Of a stretch of DNA of 64,000 bases, positions 1 through 11,400 are shown in pieces. A program made the position numbers and the translations under genes. The DNA is taken from positions 46,500,001-46,564,000 of the forward strand of contig NC_092347.1 of the NCBI RefSeq assembly GCF_963676685.1, given 5' to 3'. Source of the stretch: Mytilus edulis. Taxonomy: Eukaryota. Every line of letters starts with the position of its first letter. The first letter of the stretch is position 1. The notes below the pieces were generated by a model that was not told the DNA's origin, ran no database searches, and saw nothing but the letters and a program-made list of their open reading frames with translations.

Positions 1-23
1 TAGATAAATTTTATTAGTGTTAT

Positions 24-62
24 CAAGGATTTGTATAGTTAGTCTAACTATACAAATCCTTG
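24..62. mobile_element. 39-bp perfect palindrome with 7-bp TSD (TIR-only, P-element-like micro-MITE)
   Basis: CAAGGATTTGTATAGTTAG-T-CTAACTATACAAATCCTTG flanked by GTGTTAT (17-23, 63-69). Confidence 0.7.
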
Positions 63-116
63 GTGTTATGAGGCTGAGGTTATGGGTATAGAGTTGGATA
101 GTCTATGGGCATTAGT

Positions 117-312
117 GAGGGAGGGTAGGAGGGGTCCTGATCCCGAAATCCCGAGCATAAAAACACGAAATCCCGAAATCCCGGCCTTAAAAAACCGGAA
201 TTCCCGAGGTCCCGAAATTCGAAAAAGAATTCCCGGATCCCGAAAGGGTCAATCCCCGATCTTAAAACTGACACCCGATCCCGAAGTCCCGATAAAGGTC
301 CTATCCCCCCTC
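117..312. mobile_element. MITE with G-rich TIRs and repeated ATCCCG motifs
   Basis: TIRs GAGGGAGGGTAGGA / TCCTATCCCCCCTC, TSD ATTAGT (111-116, 313-318), many internal TCCCG motifs. Confidence 0.8.
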
Positions 313-654
313 ATTAGTAATTGTAGAATAAAGAAGAAAAAATCACTTTGTAAGGGAAAAAAAGACAAAAATTTGAAGTGATAACAAAAACTCGAACAAA
401 AAATGTTAATAAAAAAATTGTGAAGTTTTCTAAAAAAAAAATTGAATAATTTGTATATTTTTTTTTATGATTACAGTTTAATTTGTTTATTTCTCTTTCC
501 TATTTGAATATTTTTTTTAGGGGGAGGTGCCTTTTTCCAGTCATTTTGGTTTGTTATGGGAAAAGTGTTTGGTATTACAGGTGCCATAGGGGCCTCTTCA
601 TGATTATTTCAAGAGTTATTTCCCTTGCTATCGTTCTTTTAACATTGTTGACAT

Positions 655-681
655 TTTACCTTAGAAACCATCACATCCGGT
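655..681 (+). promoter_or_regulatory. Candidate RFX X-box plus ETS site upstream of the ciliary gene
   Basis: TTTACCTTAGAAAC (655-668) resembles GTTRCCATRGHAAC with 2 mismatches. ACCGGATGTG lies on the minus strand at 672-681. Both are 50-80 nt upstream of the ATG. Confidence 0.35.
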
Positions 682-732
682 CAAATTTGTTGCAATTTTT
701 AACACCAGTATTTCCACTAATAACATACAACA

Positions 733-816
733 ATGAGTATCTTGAACCAAGGCAGAAATGAAATAAGATTTAATAATGCGGATGGAAAATGCTTGCTTGA
801 GAACTGGGTCGAGGAG
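733..816 (+). CDS. SPAG8: SPAG8-like exon 1 (MSILNQGRNEIRFNNADGKCLLENWVEE, NWE motif)
   Basis: ATG at 733, donor gtttgt at 817, phase 0. Confidence 0.85.
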
Positions 817-3800
817 GTTTGTAAACGGATACAATATTGTCAATAATTCAAAGACCTTTTTTTTTCCTGAGGGGTCATCTTCTCGTCAACTATGGATTTA
901 AATAAAACAAAACAAAAAAATCTCTAGCCAGACTTGTTAAAGAACAACCTGTGTATATGAAAATTTTAAGGCCAGCCTAGATCAGGGCTTTCATTAAAGA
1001 GGGTCCAAAATAAATGTCATTTTTTACTAATTTAAAAAAAAGATATGTCAGAACAGTTTTGCACACTCTGTATGTATCAAACTGTGATTCATGTCACCAC
1101 TTTAGAAAACAATATGATTAAAGTCACAAAGTAGTGTTGATTATACCAAGCTAATTGTAGCAGGTAGTGTATATAATCATTTTATATATTTCCTGATTCC
1201 AATTACTTGTTCCTATGTTAGTACATTAATTTTCAAGGGTTTATCACATTATAAATATGTACAGAACAGTTTTCCATAAAAAGGTATATTTTGGTTTATA
1301 GAAATTTTAAACAATTGTAATATTGTGTCACATACGTGTGGATAATTTTAGTATAACATAAAAAAAATATATATTAATATTTTATCTATCTATCATTCTT
1401 CAATTTTCCACTTTCAGTCACAACTTTGACTATTAAGTGCAGTTTCATGCATGGCTTATTTTTAATTTAAAAGAAATAAATTTTCAGTAAAAATATGTAA
1501 CACTGCATTGGTGCATAGAAAAAATAAAATAAAAATATAACAGTGATGTAATTAATTCTATTATGATATACAATGTAGAACTATTTATTCCTTTTAATAT
1601 TGGATTATTTTCTTTTATTTTAGAGGTCGGTTAATCCTTATGATTGTGTCGAAGAAGATGTTAAGGTCACAAGTAGTGCTGAAAGATTTAAAGATGGTCA
1701 TATAGGAATACTCACAACAGAGTTAGAAGCCCCTGCATCAAAACTCACAACAGTCAGAGAATCATATAAAAAACCAGAACCTTGTGGAGTTCGATTGATG
1801 GGTAATATATAATTTACATAATTTATTCAATATGTAAATGGAATTAAACAGCCATCATTTTTGTATGTCAAATAAATATATGCATATTCCATTCTCAATA
1901 TTATAGTTAAAGTATAAAAGTGCTATTTTATAATATAAATAACAGACAATAGACCATATATTCTATTAACACAAACACATTTACAATAAATGGCAATGAC
2001 AGAATGAATTAACATTGATGTGAAAATCCATGGATGGTACCAGCGGGATTCGAACCCTCAATCTTGGGATCTAAAGGCAGCGCTCTAACCAATTGAGCCA
2101 AAGAAGATCTCCCCTAACTCAACTAGTTAGACTACCTTTATATCCCCAGGTCTACAACACTCTTCCCCTTTTTCTTTTTTCGGGCTGTGTACCATCCATC
2201 CGAGCAACTCACAGGTCCACTACCTGTACAACCCCGAGACATCTACTCGGAAATCCTCTGGCCAGTTCCACCTAGATATGTCATGGTCATCCTATGACCA
2301 CTGTTCAACCACCATGACCCCATATCAAACTACCAGGCACCTATATACACTTGTTTGTACAAATAGTAATTGCTCGCAGCGCCAATGATGTGAAAATCCA
2401 TGGATGGTACCAGCGGGATTCGAACCCTCAATCTCGGGATCTAAAGGCAGCGCTCTAACCAATTGAGCCAAAGAAGATCTCCCCTAACTCAACTAGTTAG
2501 ACTACCTTTATATCCCCAGGTCTACAACAATATGCAGGGTTCTCACTAGGAATTTTTCATTGTGAGTCCTGGGTCTTAGTAAAATACAATCAATTATATA
2601 TACATGTTTATGTGAATAAAAAATCTAAGGTATTTGTAATAAAAATCTATAGCAATAGATTATTTTTTGAATTTAAATAATCTGTTACCAAAGAGGAAGA
2701 TAGTTTTAGTGCCCTGTAATATTTGATATTAAGTATAAGCTTTATTTGAATTTTATCGCAAAATGTGGTCATACTTTTTTCTGTAATTACAACATCGATG
2801 TACATCAACTTGAATTTTGCAAGAAATTATTTTGAATTTGTTTCTTTATTTAAAATTTGTTTATAAAATATATGAAATAATATTTTTGTAGGTAAAAAAG
2901 AACAAATGATGAGAGAAATGTTTTTTGAAAAAGTTGGGTAAGTTTTATCCATCATGTCTATTGGTAGAAGTTATAATTTTTGAAAATATTTGTTTTTCAT
3001 TATTATTATTTGACCAAGAAATAGTGTTCGGATATACATACTTCTTTAACTGACAGTCTAACATATAGAAGCTACCAATTGCAAAAATGAAGATATATTG
3101 GTACTTTTAAATATAACTCTGTACAGTTGAAATCTTTAGTTGACTCCTCATTAGAGTTATATTGCCCTATGGTCAATAACTTTTACCAATATTTTGCATT
3201 TTGCCTTTAAATAGATTGTGATAATAAAAATTTAAATAATAACAGATGATAGAAATTTTAAATATTTTCAAAATGAATAGTTACTAGACTGTCATTTTTT
3301 AAGAGCCTTTATCAGTCATGCTGCTTAGCACATTGAAAAATCTATCTATTCAGAATTTCTATGTAGTATCAATTTTCTGCTGTAAGATGTGAAATCCATC
3401 CATACAACCTTAATTTCCAACATTTTTCAGTAAGACAGAGTGTAAATAAAGAGTTCACTATTTCATGAGAAAGGCAACTAATTAACAGTATGAATTGCAA
3501 AATGATACTCTGCAAGTCTGACAGTCTTAATACATGTATTTTTACAGAGTTAAAATCAGAATGCATTGCTACCAATACATTTCATTTACAGGAGAGAAGT
3601 TTTCAATGAAGAATTAGAAGCATCACAACCAGAACCCACAGACTTTAGATCAGTTACAAATAAAGATTTCAATATTGAAGGTTTTAAATCTGTACGACCT
3701 CAGCCTACAAAGGTCAGTAGAATAAATTTGAATCATTAAATATGTGACAAGAATTGTGTTTGTTTCATTTACAAATTGGAGGTCATTAAAATTAAATCGG

Positions 3801-5404
3801 TGAAACCATATAGTAAACAATGATACATCTACAAAATAAACACATAATGAAAACTTTTTTCTGAAACATTAATAAACGTAGGTTAAAAAACTGTCAAAAT
3901 AGGTGCAATTTGGGTACCCTCACGTTACTTATCGAAAGTAAAATATTTCTTTGAACTTGAAACAAAATGATATAATATTATCATAATTTCAAAATTTCAT
4001 AATTCCATTCTGCATGTTTCCTTGTATTTTGATTCATTCTGTGAAGTGGGATTAAAAATGTTTGTGTATCTAGCTCAAATATATTGTTAGAAACCCTGGG
4101 CTGTTGTTTTTTTACACCATTAGAATTTTTGAAACCATAAAAAGAACTCTTTTTCTAAAGAAACTCTTGTCAGAAATCTTGATTAATTACTTCCATACAA
4201 TTATAAACATGTATCATTACAATGTACATCACTGTAAATTCAGAAATTATTGTGATTTTGTCATTTTAGACTAAAACACGATTTTAATTCTTGTGATATT
4301 GAGAAAAATCTTGTTTAATTCATAAGAAAAAATTTCAAAATGCGCATTTAAATTATTGCAATTAAAACCCTGTTGCATTTTTCACAATTATAAATACATT
4401 ACAATTATTTCTGAATTTACACTCCGTCATTGTTTACTTTGTTACACTAAATCTCAAATGAATATGACATATAAAGTTATTTTGATATATATAAAAACTA
4501 TCTTTTATTTCAGAATCACAATTACAAGAAAGATCAGCCTGTCACATATTGGTCAGAACACAAGAAAAATGTACATGTAAGTATAACTATTTAAGTATCA
4601 AAATAGAAGATATGGTATGATTGCCAATGAGACAACTCTCCACTTGAGACCAAAATGACAAAGAAATTAACAACTATAGGTTACCGTACAGCCTTCATCA
4701 ATGAGCAAAGTCCATACAGCATAGTCAGCTGTAAAAGGTAAAATGTAAAACAATTCAAACAAGAAATCCATTTGCTGGTAACTAGTTATATTGTCAATGT
4801 GTGTGCTCTATCCTCAGTCTATGTTTATATAACCAGAAGACATTCTGTGCTAAAATCTGGCAAATCTTAATAAGTCATAAGAGGAACTGGTTTCTTACCT
4901 ATTTTCAATTATAGGCAACCATATCACAGGTACTTTTGAAATAAAGGTATTTAGAAGAAGAAAAAACTCCTGAGACAAGTGCCTGTGAACTGTACAGCCT
5001 TCAACAATGATCCAGTCCTTTGATAACAATCAACAGTAATGATTTAACTACACCAAATTGCTTATAGACAATGTATGTCTCTTGAGTGTTGTGCAAGGCC
5101 AAAATATTTATGCAACTGATAAGGGCTGATATTCAAGCCAAACTCCAATAACTGAGGCATTCTTTAGAAAAACTTATCACCACTGTGGCTAAATGTAAGA
5201 ATTAAGTTTTTGATAACAAAAGTATATTCCAGTTTTGTATTGTTACACATTTTAATACTTCATAATTATTTACATTTTCAGGGAGTTAGTTCAGAAAAAA
5301 CAGGTGACACACCATTTAGGAAAAATGATGCCTTCAGCAAACCTATAGGAGAATACTGGGATGAAACACAGCCTTATGAACTGGAAAACTACCCCAAAAT
5401 GTGA
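733..5404 (+). CDS. SPAG8: Sperm-associated antigen 8-like (SPAG8/FAP143) ciliary microtubule inner protein, 6 exons, 204 aa
   Basis: Exons 733-816, 1624-1801, 2892-2937, 3592-3712, 4514-4576, 5282-5404. All introns are GT-AG, phases are consistent, and the total is 615 nt. The protein MSILNQGRNEIRFNNADGKCLLENWVEERSVNP...GHIGILTT...TTVRESYKKP...SVTNKDF...HNYKKDQPVTYWSEH...GVSSEKTGDTPFRKNDAFSKPIGEYWDETQPYELENYPKM matches the recalled SPAG8 C-terminal motifs in order (CLLxNWxEER, GHxGxLT, QPxTxW, DTPFRKN, PYExENYP). Confidence 0.9.
1624..1801 (+). CDS. SPAG8: SPAG8-like exon 2
   Basis: Acceptor ttttag, open frame RSVNPY...GVRLM(G), donor gtaata. Confidence 0.9.
2016..2529 (-). mobile_element. 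Complete TRIM (non-autonomous LTR retrotransposon) with tRNA-derived LTRs, Helenus-like
   Basis: 144-bp LTRs at 2016-2159 and 2386-2529 (143/144 identical, TG...CA). PBS TGGCGCTGCGAGCA at 2371-2384. PPT at 2160-2180. Pol III A box and B box in each LTR. Flanks ACAT/ATAT. Confidence 0.92.
2892..2937 (+). CDS. SPAG8: SPAG8-like exon 3
   Basis: Acceptor ttgtag, (G)KKEQMMREMFFEKV(G), donor gtaagt. Confidence 0.85.
3592..3712 (+). CDS. SPAG8: SPAG8-like exon 4
   Basis: Acceptor ttacag, REVFNEE...RPQPTK, donor gtcagt. Confidence 0.9.
4232..4422. mobile_element. MITE with TGTAAATTCAGAAAT TIRs
   Basis: tgtaaattcagaaattattgt / acaattatttctgaatttaca. Confidence 0.65.
4514..4576 (+). CDS. SPAG8: SPAG8-like exon 5
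   Basis: Acceptor tttcag, NHNYKKDQPVTYWSEHKKNVH, donor gtaagt. Confidence 0.9.
5282..5404 (+). CDS. SPAG8: SPAG8-like exon 6 (terminal)
   Basis: Acceptor tttcag, GVSSEKTGDTPFRKNDAFSKP...ENYPKM*. Confidence 0.9.
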   Translation, partial: GVSSEKTGDTPFRKNDAFSKPIGEYWDETQPYELENYPKM

Positions 5405-5532
5405 ACATTTATACATGAGTTATTGAACATTTATATGACACAATTATGAAACTATTGATGTAGCAATTGAAAGTTAAGACTAAGGTGCAAGCATTGTCAA
5501 CTGCCATGTAATAACTGTTTATTTAACAGTAA

Positions 5533-5538
5533 AATAAA
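5533..5538 (+). terminator. Putative polyadenylation signal of the SPAG8-like gene
   Basis: First AATAAA, about 130 nt after the stop codon. Confidence 0.45.
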
Positions 5539-6432
5539 TTTTATAAAATAAGTTTGAAAAACACTTTAAATGAGTTACCCTGTGCAGTTTAAATACTGTA
5601 AATGAATATTTTTTTTATTGCACTGAGTATTTATTGTTTTTTCTCCAACATCAATTTTCAATGCATTATGTTCTGTGATATATATTTTATTATCAAAACA
5701 GTTTAAGGGTAACTTATTTCCAACATTTTAAAGTTCTTGAAAATGGGGGGAGATCAGTATATAAAAAAAAATTTTAATTTTTCAGTGTTTACTCTTAACT
5801 TATTCTTACATTGCTCTCTTTATTATGTATATATACGAAACTTCAAACTGTATCTAGATTTAAAAAATAGATGCATTGAAGAAAAAATACTATTTATTGT
5901 TTTAACTTGTTTATATATTTATCATGTTTTTTAAATCATGTGATACAGAATTTGTGTTAAAAAAAAAGACTGAAATACTTAATACAAGAAATAAAATATA
6001 TATATCAAATGTGACTTTTAATTTTTGCAACCAGTTCTTCATAGTCTTTTTCAGTTTAGAGTGATTTTCTGTCCTAAATTTGGCTGTAGATATGTAACCA
6101 TGATGTAACTGTTTGGGTTGTAGAAAAGAAGTTTTACAACAATATATTGGCTGGCTCACAGCCACATAGCCTTCATACTTTTGGAAAGATGATTATTTTT
6201 CACACTTGTAAAGATGGTTTTGTACAAAACAATTGTACAAAAAAAATTCCTCACTTCAAAATATATGACATGAAATTGTGGAGTTGTCTCCCATTGTCCA
6301 TACTTTTAAAGTTTCCCATACAAACTGAGTATGCAAGTAAAGGATTGTAATACTTTCAGTAAATATATATAAAATGATGATGTACTAAAGATAATAACCT
6401 TATTTAGCACATGTAAATCCCTTTTTAAAATT

Positions 6433-6770
6433 AAGGAGATGTAGTATGATTGCCAATGAGACAACTGTCCACCAAAACTTAAATGAAGTGGATGTATGAA
6501 ATTATAGGCAATCATACAGCATTCAACAATGAGAAAAAACATATTGTATAGTCAGCTATAAAAGGCCCAGACTAGAAAAATATGAAACAATTCAATTGAG
6601 AAAACTAATGGCCAAATTTACCCAAAAAATTTGCTAAAATCAAATATGCCACTAGAACCTACGACAACTGAACAATAAGCTACTGACTTGGGACATGCAC
6701 ATATAGAATGTGGTGGGGTTAAACATGTTTGTAAGCACACACACTTCTCCAAACCTGGGACAGCGGTGTT
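6433..6770 (-). mobile_element. Long copy of the same SINE-like family
   Basis: gatgtagtatgattgccaatgagacaac...ctgacttgggacatgcacat. Confidence 0.75.
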
Positions 6771-8197
6771 GTCAGCATCTTATTCCATTAGGACAAAACA
6801 TATGAATGAATTACTACAGAAAATCACAAGCATTTTAGTCTTGTATTAAGCTTAGATTAAGAAAATAGATGTAAACAAATTATGATCCACGATGATTCAG
6901 CAACAATGAAAATACTGAAATGTCCAAACTAGTGTCGATGGACAGGAATGTTCCTAAGAATGTCTTCAACAGATCTTGTGATTTTCTTCAAAAAATTCAA
7001 ACCATGAAAAGGCTGCCAGCAGAGGTAACGTTTTGGACTAAAAATCAATGGGAAATTGTACTGAATATTTGAAAGGAAAAAGACCAGCCATGTAGAAATG
7101 TCCAGAAGGATATTCTTAATGTATTACTGGTATATTACTTAGGTTCTAATGAAAGATTTTTCATGCTATTTAGGCAATCACATACTAGTGAGTAATTCAG
7201 GGGCCTCTAGTTTCCATGTGCTCATGTACACAACAGCTTTGCAGCTGTAAAAAGTGTTGCTATGTTGATTTATATCATACTTATGATAGTGAATGGCATT
7301 ATGTATACTATTGCCAAGTGTTCTCTCCAGAGCCTTTTAGCACCATGGTAATATCATGCTATAATATTGCTAGAAAGTGATACTATCTGAAATGAGTATC
7401 TTATAGATTGTGTTATGGATGTGATGATTAAGTTTCTAGAAACAAGATGGTATTTCAAAATTCCTTGTTTACCAGGATGGAAGAAGAAAACTGGTTGCAT
7501 TTAAATCATTAGAACTACAACAATTTTTTATTTTGACCACATTTTACACCTCGCTAACGCTCAGTGTAAAATATCGACAAATATAATGCCTACCCATGTT
7601 AAAATGAGCATAGAGCATGACATGAAGGAATTATTTCTTAAAAATAAATGAGGCTGTTAGTTTTCTCATCTGTATTGTTTTATTTCTGTCATTTTTAAAA
7701 GCCATACAGTTGCTAAACTTGTACATTATTTGTTTACTGGTGAAGAGTTGTCCTTTGGCAATCATACCACATCCTTGTACTCTTATATTGGAAGTCAAGT
7801 GGCATATACATGTCGACAGCTCCAAACAACAATAGGTTCGCAATATCACAACATAAGTTCTTTCTATTGTAAATAGACTAAAAAGAGTCTCTCTTACTTT
7901 ATAGTTTGTCTTCTTTAAATCCATTAGTAGATCTCAGAAGTTGGCACAATCAAAGGACCATAATTGACAATGACATGTTGGCAAAAAAAACCATAAATGT
8001 GTCAAATATTTTAAAAACTTTTATTTACTGTGAAGCTTCCACTCATTGCTTTGTGAAAAATAAATAATCTTCAATAATATAATACATCATAACAACAAAC
8101 AATAAAAAAATGTAGATTGTGATCAAATATCTGATTAGTTAATATACCCTCATCAAATGGGTTTTTGTTTCTAACACCAAAGTATATTTTTGGACTA

Positions 8198-8406
8198 CTG
8201 TGAATTCATTATTATTCATGGATATCAAGTTTCTGTGTGTTTAGTGGGAACAGTTGAACCATGACTTCCAATGTTCAATGCATTGCGAATTTTCTAAAGG
8301 CTTTGTATGCGGAGATTAGCAAAACCACGAATTCAAATATCAATGAAAAGGCAAGTTTTCCTGAATCTGCGAAAATTGATACCCACGTAAAGAATTGATT
8401 TCACAG
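8198..8406. mobile_element. TA-flanked MITE (Tc1/mariner-type)
   Basis: TA-CTGTGAATTCA...TGATTTCACAG-TA; relatives at 35100-35293 and ~46236-46444. Confidence 0.7.
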
Positions 8407-11400
8407 TATGAAAATATGAAATTTGCAAATCTAATAACTCTTGAATTCTAGGTAACACTCCAAAGTACACGGTAATTGATTGATATTAAGATTTTTTTTT
8501 CAAATGGTATACTTTTGTTTTATTACATATTCATAAATAAGCAAATTCCCAATCCAGGTTCTGAAAATGATATTAGTGTTTACACCCATCATTAACATGA
8601 AAATAAAAAAAATCCTATTCAGTCAAATATAATTTGTACTGTTTCGAAAAGTTTTACACCATTTAATTACTTTTTATATTTAAAAAAAATATTTAATTTA
8701 TAGAAATTCCAATTGAATTTGTTAAATTATCTTGCATCATTAATTTACTTTTTGTTGTTTTTTAACTATTACAATAATCAATAAAACATTTCAATGACTA
8801 AACAATTAATTGCATCATTCATTTCAAAAACTGTTTCTATGATTTAAATATTTTGATCAAAAGATTGCATGCATGTCAAAATTTGGTCATAATAATTTGA
8901 CATATGATTAGTGATCAAATACAATGTAACAAATAATAAAAATAATTCTGTTTTTCACAGAAACATGGTTAGTAACCTGGAAAAAATCAGGCATGATAAT
9001 AAAAAAATGATATTCAAATAGACTCATAAATAAATAAAATACTTTTAAAATGATTTTAGAACGTCTTGTTTATGTATAAAAAAAATTACATTATGTCGAC
9101 TGTTTCACATAAGAATGAAATATATATACCTGTACTTATCCAAAGATTTTCACACTGCCATTTTTATTTCTACTTCTAAAGTGTTAAATATATAACATTG
9201 TCGAAAACATTTATGCCTGTCCACCACCCATTCCTTTTCTAAATAAAAAGCGTAAAGTGATGATCTTTATGAAATTATTGATAAAACTAAAATTACTCTA
9301 AATCTAATGAATGAAAAACAAACATATCTACATCATAAATTAATTTGTAAAAATGTCCTCATTTAATATTAATTATAGAATAACTGATCAAAGAATTCAA
9401 AAAGAGAAAAATATTCAACAAGTGACCGAACAACACATTACTTGTTGCGGGTAGTGTTCAAAAGTACAAATACTTTTAATAGTTGTCCTTTAAAGAATGT
9501 TTTGGAAAGTGCAACAGAAATTTGACATGGTGTCACATCATTTTTGTTTTGTTTTTTTACAGAAATAACAAAATAAAAAACATACATGTATCTACTTGCA
9601 TAGATAGAATATACAAATTGAAACTTGTTTCCTGGTTAAATGAGACAAGTTACAAACAAAACATAAATTGAATTCAAGAAATGTGCATACAAAACGACCA
9701 GAATAGGCCAGTCAGAATAAATATTTCAATCAGTTTCTGAGACTGCTTTACTTTAAAACTAGAATGAAAAAAAATTCTCACTTAGTCTTTTTTTTATATA
9801 CAATTTTATTCAGCGTTATCATAGTTCTAGATGTAATTTTATATTCTGCATGCACCCAATTCATAACTACAGTTTGTTTCAAGAAACTTTTAACAAGACC
9901 ATGTGTTTACTTTTAGATCTTTGTTTTTGTAACGTTCCATTACTGTCTCAGTTGATCTAACTTAAATTTTTCATTTTATAAAAGTGCTTTTATGCAGGGA
10001 AATCCATCGTTTTTGGCAAGTTTTTAAAATAGTTTTAAAACATCAATTTATGAACAATAAATATACTTAGATTTAAAACTTACATTTTTTTTTTACTAAT
10101 AAATTCAAAATTAATACTTTTTATCTCAGCCTCAATGCTACATTGATATTTCATTAAAAAATCAATATCTAACTTAATTACGAAGACTGTCATACAAAGG
10201 TTTAAGTACTTTTTGGTTACAATAATAACAGAATAATAAAACTGCTTGACCACACACCAGTTGCTTACAACCCTCAGCAAAGAACTGAATGTAAAGTAAG
10301 CTTAATATCACAGATCAAAATATAGCACTGATACAGAGATATAATTCCCTGTATAATACACACCAAATGATACAGTTCATACATTTTTATTCATGCCAGG
10401 ATGGTATTTTTACATGCAATGTAATTTGCAGGTGGGTGCCAATTTTAGGGAATTATTTGGCGCACTAAGTCGAGGAAATTAACTATTTATCAAAAGAATA
10501 ATTTAATCAAATGATATAAATTTTGAAGATCCAAGATTGATTTAAGGAAACATACCCTCCACATTTTTTTGTCAAATTTCAAAGATTATTTTACATGTTC
10601 TCTTTCAAAAGATCTTACAATTTAAACATTGCATAAATTTATTCAGAATCTTTACATACAAATCAGCTTTATGTTTTGAAAAACTTTTTTTACGACCAAA
10701 AAGGATCCTTCGTGCACCTTATCTTTTCTGACAGAACAAATGATGAACTCGGGTCTGTAGATATGTGAAAATTAAGTACAAGTCAATAGCTAACAATCAC
10801 TAAGTCTAACTACAAATAATTGATCATCAGAAACACAAGATTGTACAGTGATTTTTGAACATCTATTTGGCTTCCACAAAAAAAAGTTTTAATCATTGAT
10901 ACAAATAATGAACAGAATTTACAAAATCTACATATAAACAAATATTTGACTTTTCAAACTTAACAACAGACTTGTTAACAATTTCAAATACTTAACATTT
11001 ATCAATGGATAGTACAATACTGTTACAGAAAACTGGAAGTTGGTATTCAAAAACAGAAAGAGCTTCTTTAAAACAAGAGCTTATTAATTATATTACATAA
11101 ATTTCACTTGAAATACTTCCATGCAATTTTAAGATGAAAATAATTGTCTATATTGTGTTTTTAATGCAATTTACAAGAAAACATCCTCTTTTCAAGATAT
11201 TCCTGATATAGCAGTGGGCTCTTAATTTTTAAAAACAGGCACAACAGTGTTTATCTGTAGTAACAGATTTTCATATCTTCCCTATTTTTCATTCTGAGAA
11301 AAAAATTATGTATGTAAAATTATAATTTAAAATTGAATGAATAAAACAATAACAACAACTATAACAGTAAACAATAAAAACTTAATTGTCCTGACTTAAC

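Noticed and set aside
80-381. ORFs 82..381 and 80..274
   Set aside because: They lie over a GC-rich MITE.
2035-2107. Functional tRNA gene (and its copy at 2405-2477)
   Set aside because: The D and T arms and the A/B boxes are present, but the acceptor and anticodon stems do not pair. It is part of the LTR.
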